DNA from: an uncultured Methanosarcinales archaeon
Lineage (GTDB): Archaea; Halobacteriota; Methanosarcinia; Methanotrichales; Methanotrichaceae
NCBI GenBank assembly: GCA_963843555.1
Contig: CAWJKV010000005.1
Coordinates: forward strand, 192,001 to 256,000
Length of the DNA stretch: 64,000 bases
Direction: 5' to 3'
The notes below the pieces were generated by a model that saw only the letters and a list, made by a program, of their open reading frames with translations, was not told the origin of the DNA and searched no databases. Shown in pieces: positions 20,463-30,417 of this stretch. Position 1 is the first letter of the stretch. Every line of letters begins with the position of its first letter. The position numbers were made by a program, and so were the translations under genes.

Positions 20463-20932
20463 AATTCCAACACCTAACAATTCAAAGATGCAAGTATATA
20501 GGTTTGGATATGTTAAATATCTTTTGAAGGGAAGATCCTAAACAAGATAAGAAAAAAATGATAAATCCAAAGCCTTCATCAGAGTCAAATGATGGCGGCA
20601 TACCAATGACAACAGAGCTGCACGGTCTTTCGGATAAATAAAGCGAAAAAATCAGCTTGAATCGAAGAGCAGATCAAATCGGATCAGATCAATTCGAGAA
20701 GATCAACTCGCAGGCCTCTTTCGGCCCCTATCCTTGCTTAGGCGCCCGCAAGGTCCATTTTCCCTTTTTTTGGGATTTCCCTCATCCAGATCGGATATCT
20801 CTTCATCAAGATCAGATAAGTCTGCTCCGCACATCGCGATGTGCTTTTTTGTGCTACTATAAATAAGCAAGGAAGGGCAAGGGCATTTTGGCACCGCAAA
20901 ACCTATTATCCCAGGGATAATTCAAACTACAC

Positions 20933-21892
20933 ATGGCGAATCTCAATGTAGCGATCCTGGGTGCTCCAGATTTCGGAAAAGATCTGGGAAAGAAGGGCAC
21001 TGTCAGCGATCTTACCTTTTACAATCTGAAAAAGGGGCAGAACACAGTCACCTTCATAGAGCCGACCAGATTTCCAGAACGGATCGCGCCTCTCTTTTAC
21101 GCTGTTTCCATGTCTCAAAAGGCCCTGTTGATTGTGGATCAGATCAATCCCGCCTTTGGCGAGTCGGTCATCATGCTGGATTCACTCGGCCAAAAAGAGG
21201 GAATTGTGATCTTAAGAAACTATATCACCCGCGAGCAGATCGCACCCCTCACCAAGGGCACTGTGGTTGATGGCTACGAATTTCTGGCAGATGACAAGAA
21301 CGCCCTCCGTGAGAGGCTTCTGGAGGATGCGGCCAGGATGCAGACCACCTACGACTCCGTGACCGGAACCATGCCCGTGGATCACTTTTTCAACGTGCGC
21401 GGAATTGGAACTGTAGCCCTGGGGTCGGTCGCCGAAGGCACCATAAGAAAGCATGACGAACTGAGGGTTTTGCCGGGCGAGAAAACTGCCCAGGTCCGGT
21501 CCATTCAGAAGCATGATGAGGACTCTGACATCGCAGGAGTGGGCGAGAGGACAGGCATCGCCCTCAAGGGAGTGGATGTGGAAGATCTGGACAGGGGAAC
21601 CATTCTCACCAATGACAAGTCCATCAAGCAGATCTCCTCTCTGACGGCCAAGGTGCAGATAGTCAAATACTGGCCGTCTCCGTTAAAAGAAGGAATGGTG
21701 TTACACATCGGCCATTGGATGCAATTCGTTCCGGCCAGGGTGGAAGCAGTCATTGCCGAAAGCGACTGGCATAAGGCGGAATTGACCATAAAACTGGATA
21801 AGATGCTGGTCTACCGGCCTGGAACAAGGGCGGTCCTGACCTATCCCGAGGGGGGGAAGCTCAGAGTGGTGGGAACTATAGATCTGCCCTGA
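20933..21892 (+). CDS. SelB/EF-Tu-like protein with degenerate G domain (aSelBL-type)
   Basis: Domain II motifs VDHFFNVRGIGTVALG, VRSIQKHD, GERTGIALKG and LDRG; no intact P-loop (DLGKKGT). Confidence 0.85.
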   Translation: MANLNVAILGAPDFGKDLGKKGTVSDLTFYNLKKGQNTVTFIEPTRFPERIAPLFYAVSMSQKALLIVDQINPAFGESVIMLDSLGQKEGIVILRNYITREQIAPLTKGTVVDGYEFLADDKNALRERLLEDAARMQTTYDSVTGTMPVDHFFNVRGIGTVALGSVAEGTIRKHDELRVLPGEKTAQVRSIQKHDEDSDIAGVGERTGIALKGVDVEDLDRGTILTNDKSIKQISSLTAKVQIVKYWPSPLKEGMVLHIGHWMQFVPARVEAVIAESDWHKAELTIKLDKMLVYRPGTRAVLTYPEGGKLRVVGTIDLP

Positions 21893-21927
21893 TCGGATGA
21901 GGATTATGATTTTAATATTTCTTGATG

Positions 21928-22794
21928 CTACTTCTTAATGCACTTTACATAAATCCTGTAGCCCAAGAGATTGAGCTTCGACCATCTGCATACCACCTTG
22001 CTCTCCAGGAAGCAAGAGAGCCTCTCCTGCAAAAAGCATGGATCGACCACCGGACGCCAGCGGCTCATGAAGAGGTACCCCTGGCATGGCTTGAAGTCAA
22101 AACCACGATAGGCCTGGACCTGAAAGCCTGCGCACTCCAGGCTTTCCTGGAATTCCGGGGGGGAGACGTACTCGGGTGGATTTATCGATTCCCGGAAGAG
22201 ATGCTTCCTCAGCAGGGTGTAGTGCGAGATGCGGTTAAAGAAATCCACCACCAGAACACCCCCAGGTTTGAGAACACGGTTGAACTCCGACAGAGCCTGG
22301 GCCGAGGACTCTGCAGAGGGAAGACAGGTCAAAACTCCGCTGCTTGTCACCCAGTCGAAGGACTGATCCTGGAATGGAAGCCGGGTTACGCTGCCTCGCA
22401 AGAAAGCGGCCTGTGGGTAGTCTGCCGCTCGATATGCCGCCCGGCCGAGCATATTGCGGGAAAAATCCATGCCGACGAACTCGCAGCCTCCGTTCTCCGC
22501 CAGATCTTTCTTCAGAGCTCGAATTGTCAGGTTCCCATTGCCGCAACCTGCATCCAGAATCCGACCTCTTGCCCCGGAAAAGCAAAACTTTGCCGCCTCC
22601 TTCTCGAAGTCGCCCACCATGCCGAGGATGAGATGAGGTGTGTCATCCGGAAGGTCGCGAGCCATCTTGAGATCAGACTCGTCTCCGCAACTCTTCTGGC
22701 CCTCCCAGAACTCCAGTTCCTCCTTTTGGAGACGCCTTTCCTCCAATGAACTCTCCTCACCCGGATCCTTATCGAAATTTGACGGCTCGCTCAT
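21928..22794 (-). CDS. Class I SAM-dependent methyltransferase
   Basis: ILDAGCGNG, GMDFS, LPFQDQSFD and RVLKPGG motifs. Confidence 0.88.
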   Translation of the reverse strand: MSEPSNFDKDPGEESSLEERRLQKEELEFWEGQKSCGDESDLKMARDLPDDTPHLILGMVGDFEKEAAKFCFSGARGRILDAGCGNGNLTIRALKKDLAENGGCEFVGMDFSRNMLGRAAYRAADYPQAAFLRGSVTRLPFQDQSFDWVTSSGVLTCLPSAESSAQALSEFNRVLKPGGVLVVDFFNRISHYTLLRKHLFRESINPPEYVSPPEFQESLECAGFQVQAYRGFDFKPCQGYLFMSRWRPVVDPCFLQERLSCFLESKVVCRWSKLNLLGYRIYVKCIKK

Positions 22795-22960
22795 ACCGCA
22801 GATCACTCCATCCACCACAAAGCCATCGAGGATAAGTGAGAATTATTATAGTTTGCCAGAGGCTAATAGATCTTAACAGATCTTTACAGATCCCAATAGA
22901 ATAAATCGAGCTGCATAGTGTCAATCCACCATTCAACCAATGCTGCATAGAGGCCAGCAA

Positions 22961-23455
22961 ATGATATCCGAGAGAGAAAGTAAAGGCCTGGAGATAATTG
23001 CCGCAAGGGCGGTGGAGAATCTGGAGGACCTTCTCAGAGTTATGCAAGATGCTGCAAACCAGATCAATTGCGGCAGGCCACTGGAGGAGATCGATGTGGC
23101 GGGCTTTGCACTCTATCTAGCAAGGAGGGATCAGGATGACGATCAGAGCCGCGCCCAGGCCTTGGTGGGGGTCATGGACTATGAAGAGTATGTGCGCATA
23201 CTGGATGACGTAGCCCGCGAAAGCGGTCTATGCCTGGATGAATTGACGGAGCTGGAGGTAACCGTGCCGGAGATGGAGTTCGGCGAGGATATGGTCACAG
23301 GCGGCTTTGGGATTTTCAAAGGCATATCTGTGGAACAACGCAACGATTGTCTGCTGGAGCTGATGGAAGCGGTCTCTCACCTCCTGGAGAGGCGCGGCCT
23401 GGCCGTGGCCTGCGTTCCGGACGAGGACGTGATCTTTTATCTGCCCTTAAACTGA
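22961..23455 (+). CDS. Hypothetical protein
   Basis: Acidic ~164-aa ORF with host-like codon use; start uncertain (22940 or 22961). Confidence 0.65.
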   Translation: MISERESKGLEIIAARAVENLEDLLRVMQDAANQINCGRPLEEIDVAGFALYLARRDQDDDQSRAQALVGVMDYEEYVRILDDVARESGLCLDELTELEVTVPEMEFGEDMVTGGFGIFKGISVEQRNDCLLELMEAVSHLLERRGLAVACVPDEDVIFYLPLN

Positions 23456-23491
23456 GGCAAGCGAGGAGAAATCTTACCCCGGGAGTGTGGA

Positions 23492-24103
23492 ATGGCGATA
23501 TCTGGTGTGGAGGCCTTGGCTGTATATTTTGCGTTCTTTGCCCTTGTGCACAGCTTTCTGGCCGATCCCCGGTTCAAGAGCTGGGGCCGAAAGACCTTCG
23601 GAGACGCATTTGACCGCTGGCAGCGGCTGGCCTATACAGTTCTGGCTTTGATCATGATATTGCCTTTCATCTACATCTTGGCATATCTGCCTGACAGAAT
23701 ACTGTACATCGTTCCCTGGCCCGGGGGCGGGTTGATGGTGGCCTGTCAAGCCCTGGCCGCTCTTGCGCTGCTGGCCAGCTTAAGCCAGACTGGCATCTCC
23801 CGCTTCCTGGGGCTGGCAGAGACTGATCACTTGAGCGCCGCCGGAGGGCTGGTCACGAGTGGCTTTTACTGCCACCTCAGAAATCCGCTCTTCTTCTTTG
23901 CCGCCCTCTTTCTCTGGCTCAGCCCCATCATGACCCTGAATCTGCTGGCGTTCAACATCCTGGCCACATTCTACTTCTACATTGGAGCGCGGCACGAGGA
24001 GCGGTCGCTACATGAGGGGTTCGGGCCGGAGTATGATGCCTACAAAAAGAGAGTGCCCATGTTCCTGCCCCGGCTGAGCTGCCGGAAAGATAACATTAAA
24101 TAA
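23492..24103 (+). CDS. Isoprenylcysteine carboxyl methyltransferase/NnrU-like membrane protein
   Basis: TM helices, LVTSGFY..LRNP and EERSL...FG.EY..Y...VP motifs. Confidence 0.8.
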   Translation: MAISGVEALAVYFAFFALVHSFLADPRFKSWGRKTFGDAFDRWQRLAYTVLALIMILPFIYILAYLPDRILYIVPWPGGGLMVACQALAALALLASLSQTGISRFLGLAETDHLSAAGGLVTSGFYCHLRNPLFFFAALFLWLSPIMTLNLLAFNILATFYFYIGARHEERSLHEGFGPEYDAYKKRVPMFLPRLSCRKDNIK

Positions 24104-24131
24104 TGCTCAAAAGAGAGATGGCATGATATGT

Positions 24132-24968
24132 TCAGGTGAGCTTGCTCTTCACCTTGGCATAGAATCCGTCTTTGCCAACCTTTACAAACCTGGCCGGAGT
24201 CTTGGCCTTGCTTATGACTACAGTGTCTTTGGAAGAGATGGTGGTAGCGCTTTGGCCGTCTACCACGACCAGTGCTTCCTTTTCCGGCAACTTGAGCCGA
24301 ACTTCAATAACGCTATCCCCGGGAATCACCCAGGGGCGGCTGGAGAGCTTGAAGGGGGCCATGGGAACAAGCACAATGGCGTCCACTCGCGGGTCCACGA
24401 TGGGACCTCCTGCGGACATGGCATAGGCTGTGGAACCTGTGGAGGTGGCGATGATGACTCCGTCTGCCCGGAAATCCTCCATAAGCGAACCGTCCACAAT
24501 GATCTCAAACTCGATCATCTTGGCGGGACTTGCTGTCAGAAAGGCTATTTCATTGGTGGCGCGGGGCAGGCATACTCCATTCAAAAGCAGCTTGAGCCGG
24601 GAGCGCACATCTACATCGAATCCGGGGATAAGACGCTTCAGGGTATCGACTGCGTCTCTTGGCTCCACGTCCACCAGGAAGCCAAGCGTTCCCATGTTTA
24701 TTCCCAGGATGGGAACCGGGTCTTCCATCTTATGAATGGTGCGGAGGATGGTTCCGTCGCCGCCTACGGACACAATGAAGTCAACCTTTTGCCTTTCCAT
24801 CTCCGCCACTTCTGTGGCCTCTCGGCCAACCTGGGGCGCGATATCCGCATCCACGAATATCTCCAAACCCGTCGTCTCCGACTCGATCTGGCTGATGAGC
24901 CTTTGCAACAGCCTGATGGATTCCGGTTGGTTGCGGGAGACAAAACCGATCCTAATGGCAATCACCAC
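24132..24968 (-). CDS. nadK: NAD kinase
   Basis: GGDGT, GINMGTLGFL, NE, ADG and TGSTAYAMSAGGP motifs. Confidence 0.94.
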   Translation of the reverse strand: MVIAIRIGFVSRNQPESIRLLQRLISQIESETTGLEIFVDADIAPQVGREATEVAEMERQKVDFIVSVGGDGTILRTIHKMEDPVPILGINMGTLGFLVDVEPRDAVDTLKRLIPGFDVDVRSRLKLLLNGVCLPRATNEIAFLTASPAKMIEFEIIVDGSLMEDFRADGVIIATSTGSTAYAMSAGGPIVDPRVDAIVLVPMAPFKLSSRPWVIPGDSVIEVRLKLPEKEALVVVDGQSATTISSKDTVVISKAKTPARFVKVGKDGFYAKVKSKLT

Positions 24969-25770
24969 CTATGAGATGCAGCAAATCCTCATGCTTCAGG
25001 CCGTTGGAGCCGATCAGATACTTTTTTTGCCACATATTTCCGTCCAGATGAAGCTCATCACCGCTCTCATCGGAAACAACGCCGCCCGCTTCCTCTATTA
25101 TGAGCTTGCCTGCCGCCACATCCACCACACGCATCATCCCCCGTAGATCCACAAACGCATCCAGCTTTCCGGAAGCCACCAGGGCCATCTCCAGAGAGGC
25201 GCTCCCGAGAGTGCGAATCCGGCGCACCTTATCACCGATGCCCGCAATTCTGGAGGTGTTGGGCCGGAGAGTATAGGCCGAGATGCTGAAATCCTTCAAG
25301 TCAGCGTTTTGGGAGACGAAAAGGCGGCTACCTGGCTCGGCGTATGCGCCCCTGCCAGATTCGGCATAATAGCTGTTACCACGAGCCAGATCAAAGACAT
25401 AAGCGAAGCGACAATCGTCCCGGCTTATGTAGATAGAGACGGAATAGAAGGGAATGCCGGCGATGGCATTAAATGTCCCATCCAGAGGATCGAGATGAAG
25501 GAAATAGTCGGGCTTCTCGCCTATCAGAGCTGTGCCGATCTCCTCACTCAAAACTCTGAACCCCAATCCAGAGGCACGTAAAACATTGAGGACTGCATCC
25601 TCTGCCGCCCGGTCGATGCTCTTCGTGGGGGTACCGTCCGCGCCCATCTTCACCATTTGACCACCAGCGACAGTGCCCGCCATTCCCTGGATGGCGGATA
25701 CTACAGCCCGGGCCGCAATGTCGCATAGTCTCTTTAGATCGCTACCGGTAGGAGAAAGTCGTTCACTCAT
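24952..25770 (-). CDS. Inositol monophosphatase/FBPase (NADP phosphatase-like)
   Basis: GADGTPT..ID, SEE, DPLDGTFN, R.LGSASL and DVAAG..I..EAGG motifs; ATG 25770 preferred. Confidence 0.9.
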   Translation of the reverse strand: MSERLSPTGSDLKRLCDIAARAVVSAIQGMAGTVAGGQMVKMGADGTPTKSIDRAAEDAVLNVLRASGLGFRVLSEEIGTALIGEKPDYFLHLDPLDGTFNAIAGIPFYSVSIYISRDDCRFAYVFDLARGNSYYAESGRGAYAEPGSRLFVSQNADLKDFSISAYTLRPNTSRIAGIGDKVRRIRTLGSASLEMALVASGKLDAFVDLRGMMRVVDVAAGKLIIEEAGGVVSDESGDELHLDGNMWQKKYLIGSNGLKHEDLLHLIGGDCH

Positions 25771-26041
25771 CCCTATTAATTTGGTTAGCCCACTATAAAA
25801 GTTTCTCACTTGGGATCGGCTGATTCTGACCATGGGGAGCTATGTGAACTGGGACGTCTACTGGCAGCTCATCAATAAGGACGCATCCGAGATGCTGGCG
25901 AAACGATCACCGAGATATTCATCAGGGACCGCAAGGTCCGACCTTAAGAGGCGACCAGAGAGAAAAGTATCTCGCTTAGCGGCCTGCGGCAGGCAGGCTA
26001 AGCGATAAGATCTAATATGAAAATGAGGTAGTGAAAGTGCA

Positions 26042-26115
26042 GGGCCCGTGGTCTAGCTGGTTATGACATCGCCCTTACACGGCGGGGATCACGCGTTCGA
26101 ATCGCGTCGGGCCCA
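26042..26115 (+). tRNA. tRNA-Val(TAC)
   Basis: Acceptor stem GGGCCCG/CGGGCCC, anticodon loop CTTACAC, T arm ACGCG-TTCGAAT-CGCGT. Confidence 0.95.
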
Positions 26116-26156
26116 TCTCGCAATCGCATTCTTCTTTTTCGCCCTCACAATTCAGA

Positions 26157-27410
26157 TTAGGAATAAATCATCAGAATCAAGGCCAGGAGCCCTGCCAGAA
26201 CTATTGGTATTAGGATGGCAGCCATCTTATTGCCAAACGCCCTTGTTCCCAAGACGTAGGCGATGATGAGCTTTACCAGAGTGTTGACTATAGCGGCCAG
26301 GGTGATGGAGGTGACGGCCACGTTCGCGGCAAGTGTTGACATGGACATGGTGGCCATGGTCAGGGTTATGGCATCGACATCCGCCAGCCCGGAGATTATG
26401 CTGGCGGCATAAATTCCCGCATCGCCAAAGTAAACTCTGGCAAGCGTGGAGATGATAAGCACAAAAGCGAAGAAAGCGCCCAATTCCAGAGCAGGAATGA
26501 TGCGGAAGGGGTCTTTCACCACCACGTCCTTTCCTGTCGCGGGATTTTTTCGAAGAGACAGATAGGCAAGAGCTGCGCCCACCACGGTCATGATCAAAAG
26601 AGGGGGCAGAACGGCCAGGAACAGGTCTTTGTTTATCACGGCGATTATGAAGAGCATTCGGGGGAACATGGTACAGCACGCGACGGCCGTGGCGAATACG
26701 GCGGCAGGCATAATCCGCTCGTCCAGCTTCACCTCTGTGGCCATTGAAGAGGTGACAGCAGTGCTCGAAACAATGCCGCCAAGGATGCCGGTAAGGCTCA
26801 GGCCCCGTTCTGCCCCCAGGATGCGGATGAGGATGTAGCCCACGTAGCCGATCAGGCTGACCATTATTACCAGGAGCCAGATCTGGCGAAGGTTGATGAC
26901 ACCCCAAGGACCCAGCGCCCCCTCAGGGAGGAGCGGATAGATCACCAGGGCGATTATACCCATTTTGAGAGTATCCAGCAGATCCGTTTCGTTCAAAGCC
27001 TCTACGTAGCGGTGCGTAATGTTCCGCGTGGCCAGGACCCAGGTGGTGATGATGGCCAGAGCCACGGCCAGAGGGACGCTATCCGGAAAGCTGGTCAGCA
27101 TTCCCAAAGCGAAGGTGACCACGGCCGCCACCGCTGCCGTGAAATCGATTCTGCCGAGCGCATTGACCGAAGAAGCGTATCCTACCGCCACTAGGATAGT
27201 GAAAGTTGAGATGGCAGCGATGGCAAAGCCGGGGCCGTAGTGACCGGATAGGTCGGCGCACAAAGCCCCCAGGAGCGCAATCAGGACGAAAGTGCGCAGG
27301 CCCGCCACGCCCCGGACCTTATCCTCGGCCAGCCTGCGCTGGCGCTCCGTGCCGATAAGAGCGCCGATAAGGAGGGCTACAATAAAGGGATAGATATCAG
27401 TTAAGTCCAT
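26157..27410 (-). CDS. MgtC/SapB + DUF4010 membrane protein
   Basis: GALIGTER, AGLRTF, GGIVSSTAVT and SGLADVDAIT motifs. Confidence 0.88.
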   Translation of the reverse strand: MDLTDIYPFIVALLIGALIGTERQRRLAEDKVRGVAGLRTFVLIALLGALCADLSGHYGPGFAIAAISTFTILVAVGYASSVNALGRIDFTAAVAAVVTFALGMLTSFPDSVPLAVALAIITTWVLATRNITHRYVEALNETDLLDTLKMGIIALVIYPLLPEGALGPWGVINLRQIWLLVIMVSLIGYVGYILIRILGAERGLSLTGILGGIVSSTAVTSSMATEVKLDERIMPAAVFATAVACCTMFPRMLFIIAVINKDLFLAVLPPLLIMTVVGAALAYLSLRKNPATGKDVVVKDPFRIIPALELGAFFAFVLIISTLARVYFGDAGIYAASIISGLADVDAITLTMATMSMSTLAANVAVTSITLAAIVNTLVKLIIAYVLGTRAFGNKMAAILIPIVLAGLLALILMIYS

Positions 27411-27502
27411 TGCACGACTATACATCCATTCACTATGCTAAATAGTTTTACTGGCTGAAGATCGGGCTCAGCTTTAAGGCAAAGGGCGACTTCCAGAGCG
27501 TA

Positions 27503-28165
27503 ATGGATGAACATAAAGTAGAGGCCTGCATTCGTATTCTAGAGGAGCAATATGGTGTGCCCAGGAGAGAGTATATCAACCCCGTGGATCTGCTGGTCAT
27601 GACCATCCTCTCCCAGAATACCAGCGATACCAACAGTTTGCGGGCTTTTGACAATCTGAAGAAGGAGTTTGGCGACTATGAGCGGCTTCTCAGTGCATCC
27701 ACGGAAACAGTAGCTGATAAGATCCGGGCCGGCGGTCTGGCAGAGATAAAGGCCAAGAGGATAAAGGAGACTCTTCTCAAGATCAAAACAGATAAGGGCG
27801 CGATCGACCTTGGCTTTCTGGGCGATATGGGAAAGGATGCGGCCATGCAGTATCTGCTATCCTTGCCAGGCGTCGGGCCAAAGACGGCCTCTGTTGTTCT
27901 CCTCTTTGCCTATGGCCTGCCTTTCTTGCCCGTGGACACGCACGTCTACCGCGTCTCGCGACGGCTGGGCCTGGTGGCAGAAGATGTCAAACTGGAAAAG
28001 GCGCAAACAATCCTGGAGAAGATCGTTCCGGTCGAGAAGTATCTTTCAATTCACCTGAACATGATAAAGCACGGGAGGCTCATTTGCCGGGCGCGGGGTC
28101 CCAAGCATGAGGAATGCGCCCTGCGACCTTATTGCGACTGCTATTTGCGGGGCCAAAAGCCTTAA
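27503..28165 (+). CDS. nth: Endonuclease III (HhH-GPD glycosylase)
   Basis: ILSQNT, LPGVGPKTA and VDTHV.R motifs. C-terminal Fe-S motif reads CRARGPKHEECALRPYC, with His in place of the second Cys. Confidence 0.9.
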   Translation: MDEHKVEACIRILEEQYGVPRREYINPVDLLVMTILSQNTSDTNSLRAFDNLKKEFGDYERLLSASTETVADKIRAGGLAEIKAKRIKETLLKIKTDKGAIDLGFLGDMGKDAAMQYLLSLPGVGPKTASVVLLFAYGLPFLPVDTHVYRVSRRLGLVAEDVKLEKAQTILEKIVPVEKYLSIHLNMIKHGRLICRARGPKHEECALRPYCDCYLRGQKP

Positions 28166-28193
28166 ATGATAGTAGCAACCACCCCCAATCCGC

Positions 28194-28268
28194 GCTCCGG
28201 TAGTGTAGCTCGGCCAATCATGTAGGACTCTCACTCCTTCGACTTGGGTTCAAATCCCAACCGGAGCA
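28194..28268 (+). tRNA. tRNA-Glu(CTC)
   Basis: Acceptor stem GCTCCGG/CCGGAGC, anticodon loop CTCTCAC, T arm TTGGG-TTCAAAT-CCCAA; TTAAAT TATA-like box upstream. Confidence 0.93.
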
Positions 28269-28381
28269 TGTTTTTACTGGTTTAAGTCCTCGCATATCCA
28301 GCAATCTGCTTTGGAACTCATCCTGCTCGCATAACATTAAACAGAGGGGTCGGCAGGATTAGCCTGCCAAATGAGATAGGC

Positions 28382-28700
28382 CTATTTGACCACGCGGATG
28401 ATATTGGCAGTCATATCCGTCCTGACCTCGTACTCCTGGCCCGGACATCGAAGATTATCTCATATCCTGGAACCATCACCGCTGCACAGATCTCGCCGGG
28501 CTCAGATAACCCAGGCATGGATCTGGCCAGTCCACCTGTTCAACAGAAATGGCCTTACATGGCCGACAGGCACGCCCAGGTAGTTTGCCAGCCATTTTCG
28601 GGCCTTCTGAGCCCCTTTGTTGGGATTTGTGTCCTGGGGGCGGGACTGTATCGGATCGATAGGCTCCAGCTCGTCGTCATGATCCGCATGGCTTTTGATA
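28382..28700 (-). pseudogene. Frameshifted hypothetical protein with WPDxCLG...C...VPGY...EYEVRTD motif
   Basis: Repairing 3 single-base gaps gives ARKWLANYLGVPVGHVxAISVEQVDWPDPCLGYxEPGEICAAVMVPGYEIIFDVxGQEYEVRTDMTANIIRVVK. The 5' end is uncertain. Confidence 0.55.
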
Positions 28701-29039
28701 TTTGTGCACATATGTACTCATAAGTATCAGGCACGGCCAGAGAGAAGCAGGCCGAAAGGACCACCATCGATCGTTCCAAGGAAAGATTTGCGAGAATCCT
28801 TGATGATGTCATTGTCATGAGATTCCACCTATCCCATCAAAATTGTATTTATGCGCAGTTCGGACGACCCCGGAGTCAATCCGGGCTTCTTCAGATATTT
28901 CCTCTGAACTCAATTGTCCACTCGAAGGTCCACTCCAATCCCTATGCATTTGTGCATTAGACTCGTCAATCGAATGCAAATTGACTATCTCAACGGCAGA
29001 ATCTTGAGACTGAATACATATATATTGGTCCGTGTACAT

Positions 29040-29258
29040 ATGGATCTTGAAATGGCAATTCTAATTGGAATGATGTTGACGGCAGCTGGACTTACTCTGC
29101 TAAGTAAGGTGCTGAAGGAAAGCATCAGGTCACGAACGAACTCAATGAAAGGAGGTCGTGAATCCGAAGATAAGATTATCGAAATCTATGATTACGAAAT
29201 CGTAGATGAAACTCAAAATCGAGCACCTAAAGGCTACAAGGTGACCATTCACGATTAG
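29040..29258 (+). CDS. Small protein with N-terminal TM helix
   Basis: MDLEMAILIGMMLTAAGLTLL...; TATATA just upstream. Confidence 0.5.
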   Translation: MDLEMAILIGMMLTAAGLTLLSKVLKESIRSRTNSMKGGRESEDKIIEIYDYEIVDETQNRAPKGYKVTIHD

Positions 29259-29673
29259 TATATCCATCCATTAGACATTTTTGCATGAGCCCTAAATCGA
29301 ACTTGAGCCCAAAAAGCCCGAATTTGGGCAACGGTGAAAGGCAGGATAAGGGAATGGCAATTCATGCTCCTTGAGCAGATCAAAAGCAAGGACAACTGCC
29401 TTGTGCGCGCCTGAGAGGGTCGAAAATGCTTTCTGTAAGTACAGCACATGCTATATTTCCTGGGGCGATGCCATTTCAACAGTGGGCGTGATAGAGATTT
29501 CTTTTCAGGATTCAACATGATTGGGCAAAATGAATATCTCTTGCTATCAATAAGTGTCGTGAGATTGCTCAACTTTCTGATATTTCCCTTCCATGCTTGC
29601 TTTCTCCCTGGGAGGCGGCCATTCTAGTCGAGCGATTTTATGCACATCGATGTCTCACCAAACACCAATCCCA

Positions 29674-30417
29674 CTAGAGTCGCTTAGGCATGTTTCTGAT
29701 ATGGATGAACATGGCCAGAGCCATGAAGATCACCGTAAATATAGCAATTGCTGCGAAGTCCAGCAGAATGGGATAATAGCTGCTCCCCTGAATCGAGTAC
29801 CTCATCAGGTCTGTCATATAGGTTAAAGGGGAGAACTGTGAGATTGTCCTGCCCCCGGGCGGCATCTGTTCTATTGGTATGAATATCCCGCTTATGAAAA
29901 CCAGCGGAAATTTGACAAGGTTTGTGATCATCATTATGTTCGAAGGTACATTTGTCGGCGGGGTGGAGAATAGCAATCCCATGTAGGATGAGCAAAATGC
30001 AGACATTAGAATGGCTGCCGCCAGGACGACCGGGTTAAAGATGTGAATCCCAGCTATGAACCCCAAGGCAAGAGGAACTGGGGATATGAGTATCCCGAAA
30101 ATGAATGATGACAGTGCATCGCCTAGAAGAATTGCCGGAATCGAGACGGGCGCAGAGATCAGCCGCTCAAGTGTTCTCTCTCTCCCTTCCCATGGGAGGA
30201 TGACCGGCGAGACCGCTGTTGCCGTGAAGAAGAGCGTCATGCTGAGCAGCCCGGATATAAGGAAATCCACAGGCATGCCGCGACCAAGGAAGAACGCAAG
30301 AAAGAGAAACATGGGAAAAAGAATGCCATAAATCAGCACGGGACCCTTCAAATAGTAAATTCTGATATCCTTTTCCGCTATTGCAAGGGCTCGGCTGAGC
30401 TGGCTGCCTGATATCAT
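29674..30417 (-). CDS. ABC-2 type transporter permease
   Basis: TLERL.SAP, FISGIFIPIEQMP and SPLTY motifs; about 6 TM helices. Confidence 0.9.
   Translation of the reverse strand: MISGSQLSRALAIAEKDIRIYYLKGPVLIYGILFPMFLFLAFFLGRGMPVDFLISGLLSMTLFFTATAVSPVILPWEGRERTLERLISAPVSIPAILLGDALSSFIFGILISPVPLALGFIAGIHIFNPVVLAAAILMSAFCSSYMGLLFSTPPTNVPSNIMMITNLVKFPLVFISGIFIPIEQMPPGGRTISQFSPLTYMTDLMRYSIQGSSYYPILLDFAAIAIFTVIFMALAMFIHIRNMPKRL

Noticed and set aside
20703..20894. Possible frameshifted zinc-ribbon microprotein
   Set aside because: Needs arbitrary repairs to give two CxxC pairs.
24132..25770. Frameshifted IMPase-NAD kinase fusion
   Set aside because: Both domains look complete, with a short overlap and a GGTG RBS-like sequence; two genes suffice.
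25832..26008. 58-aa ORF and hairpin CGCTTAGC...GCTAAGCG upstream of tRNA-Val
   Set aside because: No recognisable motif; cannot be distinguished from chance.
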